Positions 1-8,797 of a stretch of DNA of 64,000 nucleotides are shown one piece after another (position 1 is the first letter of the stretch; the number at the start of each line of letters is the position of its first letter). This DNA comes from an uncultured delta proteobacterium (GTDB lineage Bacteria > Myxococcota_A > Polyangia > Fen-1088). The stretch spans positions 1-64,000 of the forward strand of contig CAVWIP010000015.1 of the NCBI GenBank assembly GCA_963755125.1. The letters run 5' to 3'. A program made the translations under genes and the position numbers. The notes under the pieces are model-generated. The model saw only the letters and a list, made by a program, of their open reading frames with translations, ran no database searches and was not told the origin of the DNA.

Positions 1-2283
1 CTGTCCGACCGCCTGCTTGACCTGAAGATCTGCGATCCCGCCATGGGCTCGGGCGCGTTCCTGGTGGCCGCCTGCCGATTTCTCGCCGACCAGGTGGTGG
101 CCGCATGGACGCGCGAGGGCCGCCTCCCAGCCCTTGCCTCGGCCACAGAAGACGTGGTCACCCAGGCCCGGCGCTTGGTCGCCCAGCGCTGCCTGTACGG
201 CGTGGACAAGAACCCCTTCGCGGTCAGCCTGGCCAAGCTGTCCCTGTGGCTGGTCACCCTGGCCAAGGAAGAGCCCTTCACCTTCGTGGACCACGCCCTT
301 CGCCACGGCGATTCGCTGGTCGGGCTGTCGCTGGACCAGATCCGCGCCTTCCACTGGAAGCCCGAAAGCCAGCTTGAGCTGGTGGGCAAGGAGATCGAGA
401 CCGCCGTTGACGAGGCCCTGGCCCTGCGCCTGCGCATCCTGGAACTGGCGCGCGAGCACGGCAGCGCGGTCACCAAAGAGAAAGAGCGCCTGTTGTGGGA
501 CGCCGAGGACGCCCTCGACCGCGTGCGCGTGATCGCGGATCTGATCGTGGGCGCGTTCTTCGCCGCTGACAGCGACAAAGCCAGGCTGGCCGAACGCAAC
601 CGCCGTCTGGATCTCGTCAGCCCCTGGCTGCGCGACGGCGGCCCGGTTCCCGCCGAACTGCGCGATCTCTGCGACGAGCTTCGCCGGGACGGCGAGGCAC
701 GCAAGGGCATCCCGCCATTCCATTGGATGACCGAGTTTCCCGAGGTGTTCTACGGCGAGCGGCCCGATCCCCTGGACAAGGATCGCGTGAACCGCGCCGC
801 ATGGATGGATGCGTTTGTGGGGAATCCGCCGTTTGCTGGCAAGAACGGCATCAGCGCCGCTGGCGGCGACGCATACTTGCCGTGGCTACAGCAGATCCAC
901 CCGGGCAGCCACGGCAACGCCGACCTCTGCGCGCATTTCTTCCGGAGGGCCGATTTCTTGCTCGGCCAGCACGGCACAATTGGCCTCATTGCCACGAATA
1001 CAATTGCCCAGGGGGATACGCGCAGCACCGGCTTGCAGAATATGGTGAATAGCGGCAGCGCGATCTACGACGCCGTTCGCAGTATGAAGTGGCCCGGCGA
1101 GGCGAATGTGGACGTGTCCGTGGTCCACCTGGCCAAAGGCCACCTGTCCAGCCTGTCCGGTCTGCGCCGAAGACTCAACGGCGCCGACGCAGCGGCGATC
1201 AACTCCCGCCTGCGCCCCAAGCCCGAGCGCCCCGACCCCCATCCCTTGGCCGAAAATGCTGGCCTCAGCTTCCAGGGCAGTATTGTCCTGGGTTTGGGTT
1301 TCACACTCTCGCTACAGGAGCGGGATGCGTTGGTTGGGAAGAACATGCGGAACGCCGAGCGTATCTTCCCCTATCTCGGCGGCGAGGAGGTAAATTCCAG
1401 CCCTACCCAGAGTCACGATCGCTATGTGATCAACTTTGGCGAGATGCCGCTCGAAGAGGCTGAGAAGTGGCCGGAATTGATCGGGATCATTCGAGCGAAG
1501 GAGAAGGAAAAGCGCGAGAAGTCGTCGCACTCGCGGGCGCCGTGGTGGCAGTTTGAACGGCTACGTCCCGAGATGTACCGTTCAATCGAAGGCAAGGAAC
1601 GCTGCCTGGTGACGGCAATCTACACGAAGCATCTCTGTTTCTCCTTTCAACCGACCGACCGGATCTTCAGCAACAAGCTCCTTTTGTTTCCGTTTTCGTC
1701 GAGTGCCCATTTCGGGTTGCTTCAGTCTCGCGTCCACGCACGATGGGCGTGGCTTCTTTCCGCCACACTGAAGGAGGATCTCGCCTACTCCCCGTCGGAC
1801 TGCTTCGACACCTTCCCATTCCCCGCCGCCGAGGCTCTCGCCCCCACCGGCGACCTGGAAACCATCGGCGCCCGCCTCTACGAAACCCGCGCCCGCCTGA
1901 TGGTCGAGCGCAACCATGGCCTGACGACAACCTACAACCAGCTCAAAGACCCCGCCTGCGACGACCCCGAGATCCTCGCCCTCCGCCGCCTCCACGAAGA
2001 CCTCGACCGGGCGGTCCTCGCGGCCTACACCTGGCCCGACATCCCAGTCCCCGCCTACGAGACCCCCACCACCCCCGCCACCCGCGCCGCCCAAGAAGCC
2101 TTCGAAGACGAAATCATCGACCGCCTCTTCGCCCTAAACGCCACCCGCGCCGAACAGGAGAAACTCCAAGGCGCCGGTGCGAAGGGGAAGGACTCGAAGG
2201 CGCCGAAGCCCAGAGGGAAGGTGAAGGGAAAGGTCCCCGACGCGCAACTCGGTCTGGGCTTCAAAGGCAGGGCCGACAAGTGA
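1..2283 (+). CDS. drmMI: N6-adenine DNA methyltransferase, type IIG/Eco57I-like (DISARM class I DrmMI-like); 5' end lies outside the window
   Basis: Frame open from base 1 (LSDRLLDLKICDPAMGSGAFL, SAM-binding motif I), LYGVDKNP, GNPPF catalytic motif IV, C-terminal TRD region and YSPSDCFDTFPFP; lies upstream of drmABC. Confidence 0.8.
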   Translation: MSDRLLDLKICDPAMGSGAFLVAACRFLADQVVAAWTREGRLPALASATEDVVTQARRLVAQRCLYGVDKNPFAVSLAKLSLWLVTLAKEEPFTFVDHALRHGDSLVGLSLDQIRAFHWKPESQLELVGKEIETAVDEALALRLRILELAREHGSAVTKEKERLLWDAEDALDRVRVIADLIVGAFFAADSDKARLAERNRRLDLVSPWLRDGGPVPAELRDLCDELRRDGEARKGIPPFHWMTEFPEVFYGERPDPLDKDRVNRAAWMDAFVGNPPFAGKNGISAAGGDAYLPWLQQIHPGSHGNADLCAHFFRRADFLLGQHGTIGLIATNTIAQGDTRSTGLQNMVNSGSAIYDAVRSMKWPGEANVDVSVVHLAKGHLSSLSGLRRRLNGADAAAINSRLRPKPERPDPHPLAENAGLSFQGSIVLGLGFTLSLQERDALVGKNMRNAERIFPYLGGEEVNSSPTQSHDRYVINFGEMPLEEAEKWPELIGIIRAKEKEKREKSSHSRAPWWQFERLRPEMYRSIEGKERCLVTAIYTKHLCFSFQPTDRIFSNKLLLFPFSSSAHFGLLQSRVHARWAWLLSATLKEDLAYSPSDCFDTFPFPAAEALAPTGDLETIGARLYETRARLMVERNHGLTTTYNQLKDPACDDPEILALRRLHEDLDRAVLAAYTWPDIPVPAYETPTTPATRAAQEAFEDEIIDRLFALNATRAEQEKLQGAGAKGKDSKAPKPRGKVKGKVPDAQLGLGFKGRADK

Positions 2284-3068
2284 ATATCCCGACGGGCAAA
2301 GATCGAGAGAACCTCGTCGAAGAAATCGAGTGTTTCAGGGCATTGCTCACCGCATTTGCCACAGGAGGCGACGCCGACACGACAACTGCGCCCAACTACG
2401 AAGGGTTCCGGAAGAGATTGATGGCGAATGCGGAGACGGCGCCGCGCCTGCCAGACTTCGTCAAGCGGTGCCGGACCCTGAGTGACTTCTGGACCTTCAT
2501 CAAACCGCGGGTCAAGACGTACCAGGAACGCCGCGAGTTCCTGCTTGAACAGTTCGATCCACTTCTCACCTACCTCGAAAGCCAGGGAACTTCGCTTTCA
2601 GCCGAGCCGATCCTGGCCAAGCTCGATTCAGATCACGTGCGGACCGCGTTGCAGAAAGTCGCCGCCCGCACGGCAACCGATCCCGAAGGCGCTATGACCG
2701 CCGCTCGGGCGCTGGTCGAAACCGTCTGCAAGCACATTCTCGACGACGCTGGCATCAAGTACGACGACAAGGCCGAATTGCCCAAGCTCCACCGGCAGGT
2801 CGCGGAGAGCCTGAATCTGGCGCCGGACCAGCACACCGAGGGGGTGTTCAAACAGGTCCTCGGAGGCTGCATGGCGGTCGTGGAGGGCCTTGGCTCCCTT
2901 CGTAGCCGCCTCGGCGACGCTCACGGCAAAGGCCGCAAGGCCGCCCGCCCCGCCGCTCGCCACGCGACCCTCGTCGTGAATCTCGCCAGCGCGATGTGTG
3001 TCTTCCTGGTGGAGACGTGGGTGGCGCGGTCTGTCGCAAAAGGTCGACCTACTCACCCGGAATCGTGA
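2280..3068 (+). CDS. Abortive infection family protein (Abi_C, HEPN-like C-terminal domain; AbiJ-like)
   Basis: GTG overlaps the methyltransferase stop (GTGA); DPEGAMTAARALVETVCKHIL and LGSLRSRLGDAHGKG (R-x6-H) typical of Abi_C. Confidence 0.8.
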   Translation: MNIPTGKDRENLVEEIECFRALLTAFATGGDADTTTAPNYEGFRKRLMANAETAPRLPDFVKRCRTLSDFWTFIKPRVKTYQERREFLLEQFDPLLTYLESQGTSLSAEPILAKLDSDHVRTALQKVAARTATDPEGAMTAARALVETVCKHILDDAGIKYDDKAELPKLHRQVAESLNLAPDQHTEGVFKQVLGGCMAVVEGLGSLRSRLGDAHGKGRKAARPAARHATLVVNLASAMCVFLVETWVARSVAKGRPTHPES

Positions 3069-3397
3069 TCTCGACTGGCATGCCTCCTGCCGGGCGACCG
3101 GTGGCCAGATATCGACGTCAACCGCGGGGGCGTCGATGGACACCACCAAGGCGTGTCGAACACAAATCGCACTCCGGTCGTGCTTGGCCCGATCCTTCTA
3201 CCAGCCAGACACTGGGTAGATGCCATGGACCCAGCCGAAATCTGTCTGACACTGGAACGAAAGGTCAGCGCGTGGAGCGGTGGCGAGCGAGGAGTCGCGT
3301 TGGGGACGGCCCTTGTCTTTCGACTCGGGCCTACCGCGACCCCAGCAAACAGAGATTGGGTCGCCAGAAGGAAATGCGGACCGCCGACTGCCGCTCG

Positions 3398-3865
3398 CTA
3401 TCGATGTCCCCGCCAGACTTCGGCTCGCTTGGCAGCGGCTTCGATGGCTGCCGAAAACCGCCCAAGATCCTTGTCCCATTTGTACTTGGGGAACTCGATG
3501 GCCTCCGGAACCTCGGGATCTGGACCCGCAAACCAGCTGCTATCGCCGACGATATCACGGAGGTGGTGAACATATATCCCCAACAGGCCGTTCCTACGGG
3601 CAAGCGAAAGTCGAATCTCTTCCTGCACCCACTTCCTCTCTGCGGTCTCTTTGCCGATAAGAACCACAGTGACAGTCGTTCGTTCCAACCTCTTCATTAT
3701 CAGCCGGGTGATGGTTGCCGGATTCTTCCTCTTGGCCTCCTCGTACTCCGAGTGGTCGAAGAATCCTGCCTCATTTGCGCCTGCGACGACATTGCTGTTG
3801 CGGATCTGGTTCACCCGAAAGATGTCCTTTTCGAAGTGAAAGCTGAAAAACACACGCCGGGCCAC
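3398..3865 (-). CDS. thsB: Thoeris ThsB-like TIR domain protein (DUF1863/MTH538-like), copy A
   Basis: MARRVFFSFHF, VTVVLIG, WVQEEI (catalytic Glu position), NGLLGIYVH; GAGGA RBS before GTG. Confidence 0.85.
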   Translation of the reverse strand: MARRVFFSFHFEKDIFRVNQIRNSNVVAGANEAGFFDHSEYEEAKRKNPATITRLIMKRLERTTVTVVLIGKETAERKWVQEEIRLSLARRNGLLGIYVHHLRDIVGDSSWFAGPDPEVPEAIEFPKYKWDKDLGRFSAAIEAAAKRAEVWRGHR

Positions 3866-3888
3866 TATTTTCCTCGCCGCATGGTTTC

Positions 3889-3997
3889 AATGATCGCCCG
3901 CGATCGTGCCTTGTCAAGGAGCATAACGGTCGCGAAAGTCCAACGAGAGTGGATATTGAGTTGAGCACTTGACAGCCAGCGCCCAAGGCGCTAACGA
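3889..3997. promoter_or_regulatory. Probable divergent promoter region between the two TIR genes
   Basis: TTGACA on the - strand at 3912-3917 and on the + strand at 3969-3974, each pointing toward one TIR gene; -10 boxes weak. Confidence 0.35.
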
Positions 3998-4051
3998 CTC
4001 CTCAAACGGGGAGATCCTCTACAAGTCCGTCCAAATCACCAGGAGGCGACG

Positions 4052-4516
4052 ATGGCACGAAGGGTGTTTTTCAGCTTTCACTTTGACGGCGATATTTGGC
4101 GTGCGAACCAAGTCCGGAATTCTAACGTAGTTGTTGGAACCGACGTAGCAGGTTTCTTTGATCACTCGGAGTACGAGGAGGCCAAGAAACAGGGCTGGGA
4201 CGCAATTCACCGGATGATTCTCAGGCACCTCAAGGATACCACGGTGACTATCGTTCTCGTGGGGACTAGGACGGCGGAGCGGCCATGGGTCAAGCAGGAG
4301 ATTTCTGACTCCGTCGATCACAAGAATGGACTCCTGGGAATCTACATCCATCACCTCAAGGACAAGGACGGCAGAACTTCTAACCGTGGTCCTTTACCTG
4401 CCGTCCCCATGGGCGTCGATTTCCCCGCGTACGACTGGGACGGTGACGTCCAGAATCTCGCCAGACAGATCGAAGCGGCCGGCAAGCGGGCCGAGGCGTG
4501 GCGCGCGAGGGGCTGA
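4052..4516 (+). CDS. thsB: Thoeris ThsB-like TIR domain protein, copy B
   Basis: MARRVFFSFHF, WVKQEI, NGLLGIYIH; AGGAGG RBS; about 58% identical to copy A by manual alignment (about 90/155). Confidence 0.85.
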   Translation: MARRVFFSFHFDGDIWRANQVRNSNVVVGTDVAGFFDHSEYEEAKKQGWDAIHRMILRHLKDTTVTIVLVGTRTAERPWVKQEISDSVDHKNGLLGIYIHHLKDKDGRTSNRGPLPAVPMGVDFPAYDWDGDVQNLARQIEAAGKRAEAWRARG

Positions 4517-4581
4517 CCTCTGAATGGATAGCACGTTCATCAGAAATACGAGCCCTTTCTCCTGCTACACTGGTGCCGGTC

Positions 4582-5781
4582 ATGTCGGCTCAGGCTCGCT
4601 ACCAGATCGCCTTACTTGATCCCGCGGACGGTCCCTTGCGTGGCACGCTGCGCGCCACGATACGAACTCATGTCAAGGAACTCGGGCTAGATCCCGGAGA
4701 GCATCTGCGGTTTCTGGATGAAGGGAACTATGAAGCGGAGATCCAACCACGGGAGCCGTTGGTGGGGGCCTACTTTGGGAACACAGGTCGTTCAGAGGAT
4801 TCGTCGCGGGTACTCAAGAACCTTCTGGACCGCTTCGCGTACGTGCTGCCGATCGTGGACTCCACCGATGGATACTCTCGCAAAGTCCCAGATTGCCTCC
4901 ATCGGCTAAATGGGGTTTCTCTCGACCCTGGGGACCCAAAGCTCGAACGTGTCGCTGGTCGGCTCCTCGAAGAGTTGCGCCTTCTCCGTCCTCGGCGTGT
5001 AGCCTTTGTCAGCTATCGCCGAGCCGAATCCCGGGGCGTGGGGACTCAGATCTTCCACGCGCTTGAGGAACGGCACTACCATGTTTTCCTAGATACGTTC
5101 AGCGTCGAGTATGGACGCCCGTTTCAAGAGGCGCTGTGGAATCGGATGCTTGACACCGACGTCCTCGTATTCTTGCACACGCGGGGTGCGCTCTTGAGTC
5201 GGTGGGTAGAGGAGGAGTTCGCGCGAGCCGCCCAGTTGGGCATTGGCGTTCTCAACATCATCTGGCCCGGCCACACCCCCGCGCCCGAAGCGGCGATTGG
5301 GGACCAACTTTACCTTGAGACCGTCGATTTCGCCCCGGGACTGGCACCCGAGGATGGAAACGCTGTGGTCAATCTCGATGTCCTTCGGCGGATTGCCATC
5401 GCTGTCGAGGCACTTCGGGCGCGAACAATCGCCGACCGCCGTCGTCGTGTCATCGAAACATTCTGCCGCCGGGTCGATGCGTTTATTCGGCGCACCGGTA
5501 CATCCAACCTAAGAGTCATTGTACTACCAACGGGGTATTTGGAGATTCTGCGCGGACGTAGAAAGGCGGTCCTCATCCACCCCGTCATCGGTCATCCCGA
5601 TACGACCTATGCTCGGGACATTGCTGACGCCTGTTCGGTGCTGCAACAGAAGGGCTACCTGTTGTTCGACCGAAATGGAATTGACGACACGACCGCAGCA
5701 CACCTACGGTGGCTTAATACCTACCTGCCGGTGAAAGCGTTTTCGACGACCGAGGTTGAGGAATGGCTGCCACGGCTCTAG
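4582..5781 (+). CDS. Multi-domain protein with a central TIR domain
   Basis: AFVSYRRAES...VFLDTFSV...SRWVEEEFARA is a TIR_2-type signature with catalytic Glu; unassigned N- and C-terminal domains; start set at ATG 4582. Confidence 0.8.
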   Translation: MSAQARYQIALLDPADGPLRGTLRATIRTHVKELGLDPGEHLRFLDEGNYEAEIQPREPLVGAYFGNTGRSEDSSRVLKNLLDRFAYVLPIVDSTDGYSRKVPDCLHRLNGVSLDPGDPKLERVAGRLLEELRLLRPRRVAFVSYRRAESRGVGTQIFHALEERHYHVFLDTFSVEYGRPFQEALWNRMLDTDVLVFLHTRGALLSRWVEEEFARAAQLGIGVLNIIWPGHTPAPEAAIGDQLYLETVDFAPGLAPEDGNAVVNLDVLRRIAIAVEALRARTIADRRRRVIETFCRRVDAFIRRTGTSNLRVIVLPTGYLEILRGRRKAVLIHPVIGHPDTTYARDIADACSVLQQKGYLLFDRNGIDDTTAAHLRWLNTYLPVKAFSTTEVEEWLPRL

Positions 5782-6365
5782 CCCCGGCGGTCTTCCTCTC
5801 GGCGAGTGTGCCCGACACGCGTCGGCACCCCCGATATCACTCAACCGCCGACCTATCAGCCATTCGTGAAGCCGTGGTTGCTCTAGCGACCGTCGTGCTG
5901 CCACAGCGGGTTCTCCTTTTTGGTGGGCACCCCGCAATTTCTCCGCTTGTTTCGCTTATCGCGACGCGTCTCGGCGCCCTCGACCACGTTCGTATCTATC
6001 AGTCTGAATTCTTTCGCGGTGCCGTGCCCGCGGATAGTTTGGCCTTCCCTTCGATCATATGGTCTCCGGAGACGCCTGGCGACCGCGAGGAGAGTCTTGC
6101 GAGGATGCGCCAGGCGATGTTGACCGCCCAGCCCCTGTGCTCCGGGGTCTTCATCGGCGGCATGGAGGGCGTCGAGGCCGAGTACGCATTGTTCCGCCAA
6201 TTGCATCCCGGGCTGCCTGCCTACGCCGTTGCCTCGACGGGTGCCGCGGCACGAATCCTGTTCGACGGCGACCATTCCCAGCCGCCGAATGCCACCCTTC
6301 GCCGCGCTTTGGAGTACGACCTCGTATACGATGCGCTTTTTCGTAGCTTGCCCGACGTCGGCTGA
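5763..6365 (+). CDS. Stand-alone SLOG-superfamily protein (LD_cluster3/STALD-like nucleotide sensor)
   Basis: VFLSASVP, LLFGGHPAISP, YQSEFF, SLARMRQAM, VFIGGMEG, ASTGAAA motifs; overlaps the end of the TIR gene. Confidence 0.75.
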   Translation: MAATALAPAVFLSASVPDTRRHPRYHSTADLSAIREAVVALATVVLPQRVLLFGGHPAISPLVSLIATRLGALDHVRIYQSEFFRGAVPADSLAFPSIIWSPETPGDREESLARMRQAMLTAQPLCSGVFIGGMEGVEAEYALFRQLHPGLPAYAVASTGAAARILFDGDHSQPPNATLRRALEYDLVYDALFRSLPDVG

Positions 6366-6446
6366 TCGCTCACCCGCCGGAGGCTTCGCATTCCAGGAAG
6401 GTTGGAAGGTTTGGCAGCGGCGGAGAAGGAGACGCGCCTAGTGCAG

Positions 6447-7640
6447 TCAGTTCTGCGGGCCACAAGGTTCTGCCTTCCGGTTGCTTCGAGCGAGGACATT
6501 TTTGACGCTGAGTCTGTGGCCCAACTTGTGGAGCGTCTCGACTTTCGAGACCCCGAGCAGGCGCATGGTATCGCGGAGAAGTGTCTGCCCCTCCATGGTG
6601 CTGGCCAGCAGTGCGCGTGTGAACCGCTTGCTCGCTCGCACCCCCTGGGTCAGGTAGAAGTTGCCGCCGCCGCCCTTCGCGCGATCGCGCAGCCTGTCCA
6701 GCCCGGCATCGAACGCCTCGGCGAAGACTGGCTTGCTGATGAAACCAGCGTCGTGGATTCTGCGCAGGATCACGAGACTGCTGACCTTGAATCGCCTGGT
6801 CAGGCGGCTGACCTCGCGGTCGAGCTGGTTGCTCTTCTGGTAGTCGGCGCGCAGGACTGCGAGCGGCACGAGGAACTCGGCCGCCACCTGGTTGCACCAC
6901 CGCTCTGTCTGGCGACTGGGCACCTCCCTGATGGTTGCGTCCGTGACACCGGACTGCCCGATCCACAGGTGTGCCAGTTCGTGCGCCAGGGTGAACGTCT
7001 GCGCGGCCTTGGTGTCGGCGCCGTTGATGAACACCAAGGGCGCCAGCGCATCTGCGATCGTGAAACCACGAAATTCGTCGGGATCGAGCGGGCGGCCGTT
7101 GTTGTTGAGGACGACGCCGCTGCACATGACCAGCACGCCTGCTGCCTCTGCCTGGCCGATGAAGTCGCGAAGCGCTTCGGTCCAGGTGGGCGAGTCATTC
7201 CGACGGTCCAGGTCGAAATTGAGGGTCTTGCGCATCCGCTCGGCGACCTCAATGATCGGGCTGCTGGTGGTGACAGAACCGACGAATGGGCATGGCTCAA
7301 CCCCTGCCGTCGCGGCGAACTCGCGATACCAGCTTTGGCGTTCTTGGCACGCATAGACCATGGCCAGCAGATTCGGGCTCGGTCGCGACAGGGGCGTGTC
7401 ACGGACCGTCCGGAAGTCCGGCAACGGCAGCTGTTCCACCGGCGGCTCGGGCAAGAAGAAGTACCCCACCGGCGTCAGCGTTGCCTTTGCCAGGGCCTCC
7501 AACTGCTTCAAGGTGGGCTTGGAGGCACCGCTCTCCCATTCCGCCAGCTTGGAAAAGCGCGGCGTCAGCGCGGCAAGCGGAATCCCTGCGCGATCACGCG
7601 CCCAGCGGAACAGATTGGGGCTTACCTCGGCACGAAGCAT
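6447..7640 (-). CDS. XRE-family HTH fused to ImmA/IrrE (DUF955) zinc metallopeptidase
   Basis: N-terminal HTH (WESGASKPTLKQL), LPDFRT, FRGF, QTFTLAHELAH (HExxH), ERWCNQVAAEFLVP. Confidence 0.85.
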   Translation of the reverse strand: MLRAEVSPNLFRWARDRAGIPLAALTPRFSKLAEWESGASKPTLKQLEALAKATLTPVGYFFLPEPPVEQLPLPDFRTVRDTPLSRPSPNLLAMVYACQERQSWYREFAATAGVEPCPFVGSVTTSSPIIEVAERMRKTLNFDLDRRNDSPTWTEALRDFIGQAEAAGVLVMCSGVVLNNNGRPLDPDEFRGFTIADALAPLVFINGADTKAAQTFTLAHELAHLWIGQSGVTDATIREVPSRQTERWCNQVAAEFLVPLAVLRADYQKSNQLDREVSRLTRRFKVSSLVILRRIHDAGFISKPVFAEAFDAGLDRLRDRAKGGGGNFYLTQGVRASKRFTRALLASTMEGQTLLRDTMRLLGVSKVETLHKLGHRLSVKNVLARSNRKAEPCGPQN

Positions 7641-7734
7641 GGGGACATTTCAATGATATCCCGCCAGAAGGCGAGCGCACCAGAATCACACGCTTTCGCC
7701 GCCCGGCGACGGTCGGTGCCCCGACCGACGAGCG

Positions 7735-8178
7735 CTACAGCCCCCGCACCTCGACGAGGTGCCCCCAGCGGGCAAAGTCGCTGCCGTTGTCGGTGAGCAG
7801 GGTGCCGATCCCATGAGCGAGCATGGTCGCCACGATGTTTGCATCGTGGATCTGTTTTCCGCGCGTGTCGCCGACCGCCAGCAGGTCGTGCAACTGCTGG
7901 GCGACGTCAGGGCCGTCCTCGGCCACGCGACACTGCGACTCGATCAGGCGTGCGCGGTTCAGGATGTCCGACATCGGGGCGTTCCCAGGGAAGAAGGTCT
8001 GCGGGCGCGACATCACGGCCAAAAACTCCCGAACCACCTGGCGACTCGTCCACAGGGTTCCTGTCGCTGGCCGGCCAACCGCCACAATGGCCTGGGCGTG
8101 GCGGGGAGCTGTTGGAACCGCCGCGTTCACCCAAACGTTTGTGTCGGCGAAGACGCCGTCAGCGGCCTGTGTCGGCAT
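7735..8178 (-). CDS. PIN-domain (VapC-like) toxin
   Basis: FADTNVWV, QVVREF, IHDANIVATM, LLTDNGSDF: conserved acidic PIN residues. Confidence 0.85.
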   Translation of the reverse strand: MPTQAADGVFADTNVWVNAAVPTAPRHAQAIVAVGRPATGTLWTSRQVVREFLAVMSRPQTFFPGNAPMSDILNRARLIESQCRVAEDGPDVAQQLHDLLAVGDTRGKQIHDANIVATMLAHGIGTLLTDNGSDFARWGHLVEVRGL

Positions 8179-8389
8179 ACAGGTCCTCTCGTCGCAGGCT
8201 CAGACCGCCCGCCGGCCATTGCGCGCCGGGTAGGGCTAGGTCGGCCCACGATGCAGCCGAGGGCTCAGGGGTGAGCGTTTCATCCAGCACCACCACGACG
8301 CGATGGGGACCGCTGGCAACGTCCGAGGGGACGTCCACCACGAGTTGGTGGGCTGGCGTCACTATGCCCGTCGTTTGCAGTGCCTTCAT
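8159..8389 (-). CDS. Putative antitoxin
   Basis: 76 aa, overlaps the PIN gene start, ends LRREDLY as in many VapB-like antitoxins. Confidence 0.65.
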   Translation of the reverse strand: MKALQTTGIVTPAHQLVVDVPSDVASGPHRVVVVLDETLTPEPSAASWADLALPGAQWPAGGLSLRREDLYADTGR

Positions 8390-8404
8390 GGGATTGCTCC
8401 TGAC

Positions 8405-8731
8405 CTAAAGTGTAGGACGAAATCGCGCGCTGGCCAGGTGCGGGGCGTACCGTCCGGCCATGCGCAAGACGAACTCGTTTTCTGCGCGCAGCTCGGCCTC
8501 GACTTCGTCATGGTTGTCGTAGTAGTAGGCCAGGGCTGCGTGAACCTGCGCCAGGGTCAATTGGGGCAGCGCCTCGACGATGTCGTCAACGCTTTCTTCC
8601 TGGTACACGTGTCGCGAAACGATCTCCGAAACCTTGACCCGCGTGCCACGAATGTGCGGACGGCCGCCACAGACGTCAGGCAGCACGTCGACGTAGTCCG
8701 CGGGAATATGGAGTTTCCGGGCTGCGTCCAT
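8405..8731 (-). CDS. DUF433 domain protein (antitoxin-like)
   Basis: PDVCGGRPHIRGTRVKV...LTLAQVHAALAYYYD signature; only the 3' part of the 511-aa ORF is taken as real. Confidence 0.85.
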   Translation of the reverse strand: MDAARKLHIPADYVDVLPDVCGGRPHIRGTRVKVSEIVSRHVYQEESVDDIVEALPQLTLAQVHAALAYYYDNHDEVEAELRAENEFVLRMAGRYAPHLASARFRPTL

Positions 8732-8797
8732 GACGGCTAAATCTAGCATGCCAGCTTGCGCCTGTGTGAACGGCCCCGCGAGGCGTATCATCGCCCC

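Noticed and set aside
1..2283. Calling the methyltransferase BREX PglX
   Set aside because: No pglZ/brxC/brxL in view, and downstream drmABC favours DISARM; upstream context is missing, so not fully excluded
2996..3964. 322-aa plus-strand ORF across the Abi-TIR gap
   Set aside because: Antisense to TIR copy A; no recognisable domain or RBS
3398..6365. Calling the TIR cluster canonical Thoeris type I or II
   Set aside because: No Sir2 domain and no TM-Macro protein; the SLOG protein is too short to carry an effector domain
6402..7796. 464-aa plus-strand ORF, and similar long antisense ORFs at 10421-12232, 35603-37636, 38187-40658 and 50983-52857
   Set aside because: Each mirrors a well-supported gene on the opposite strand
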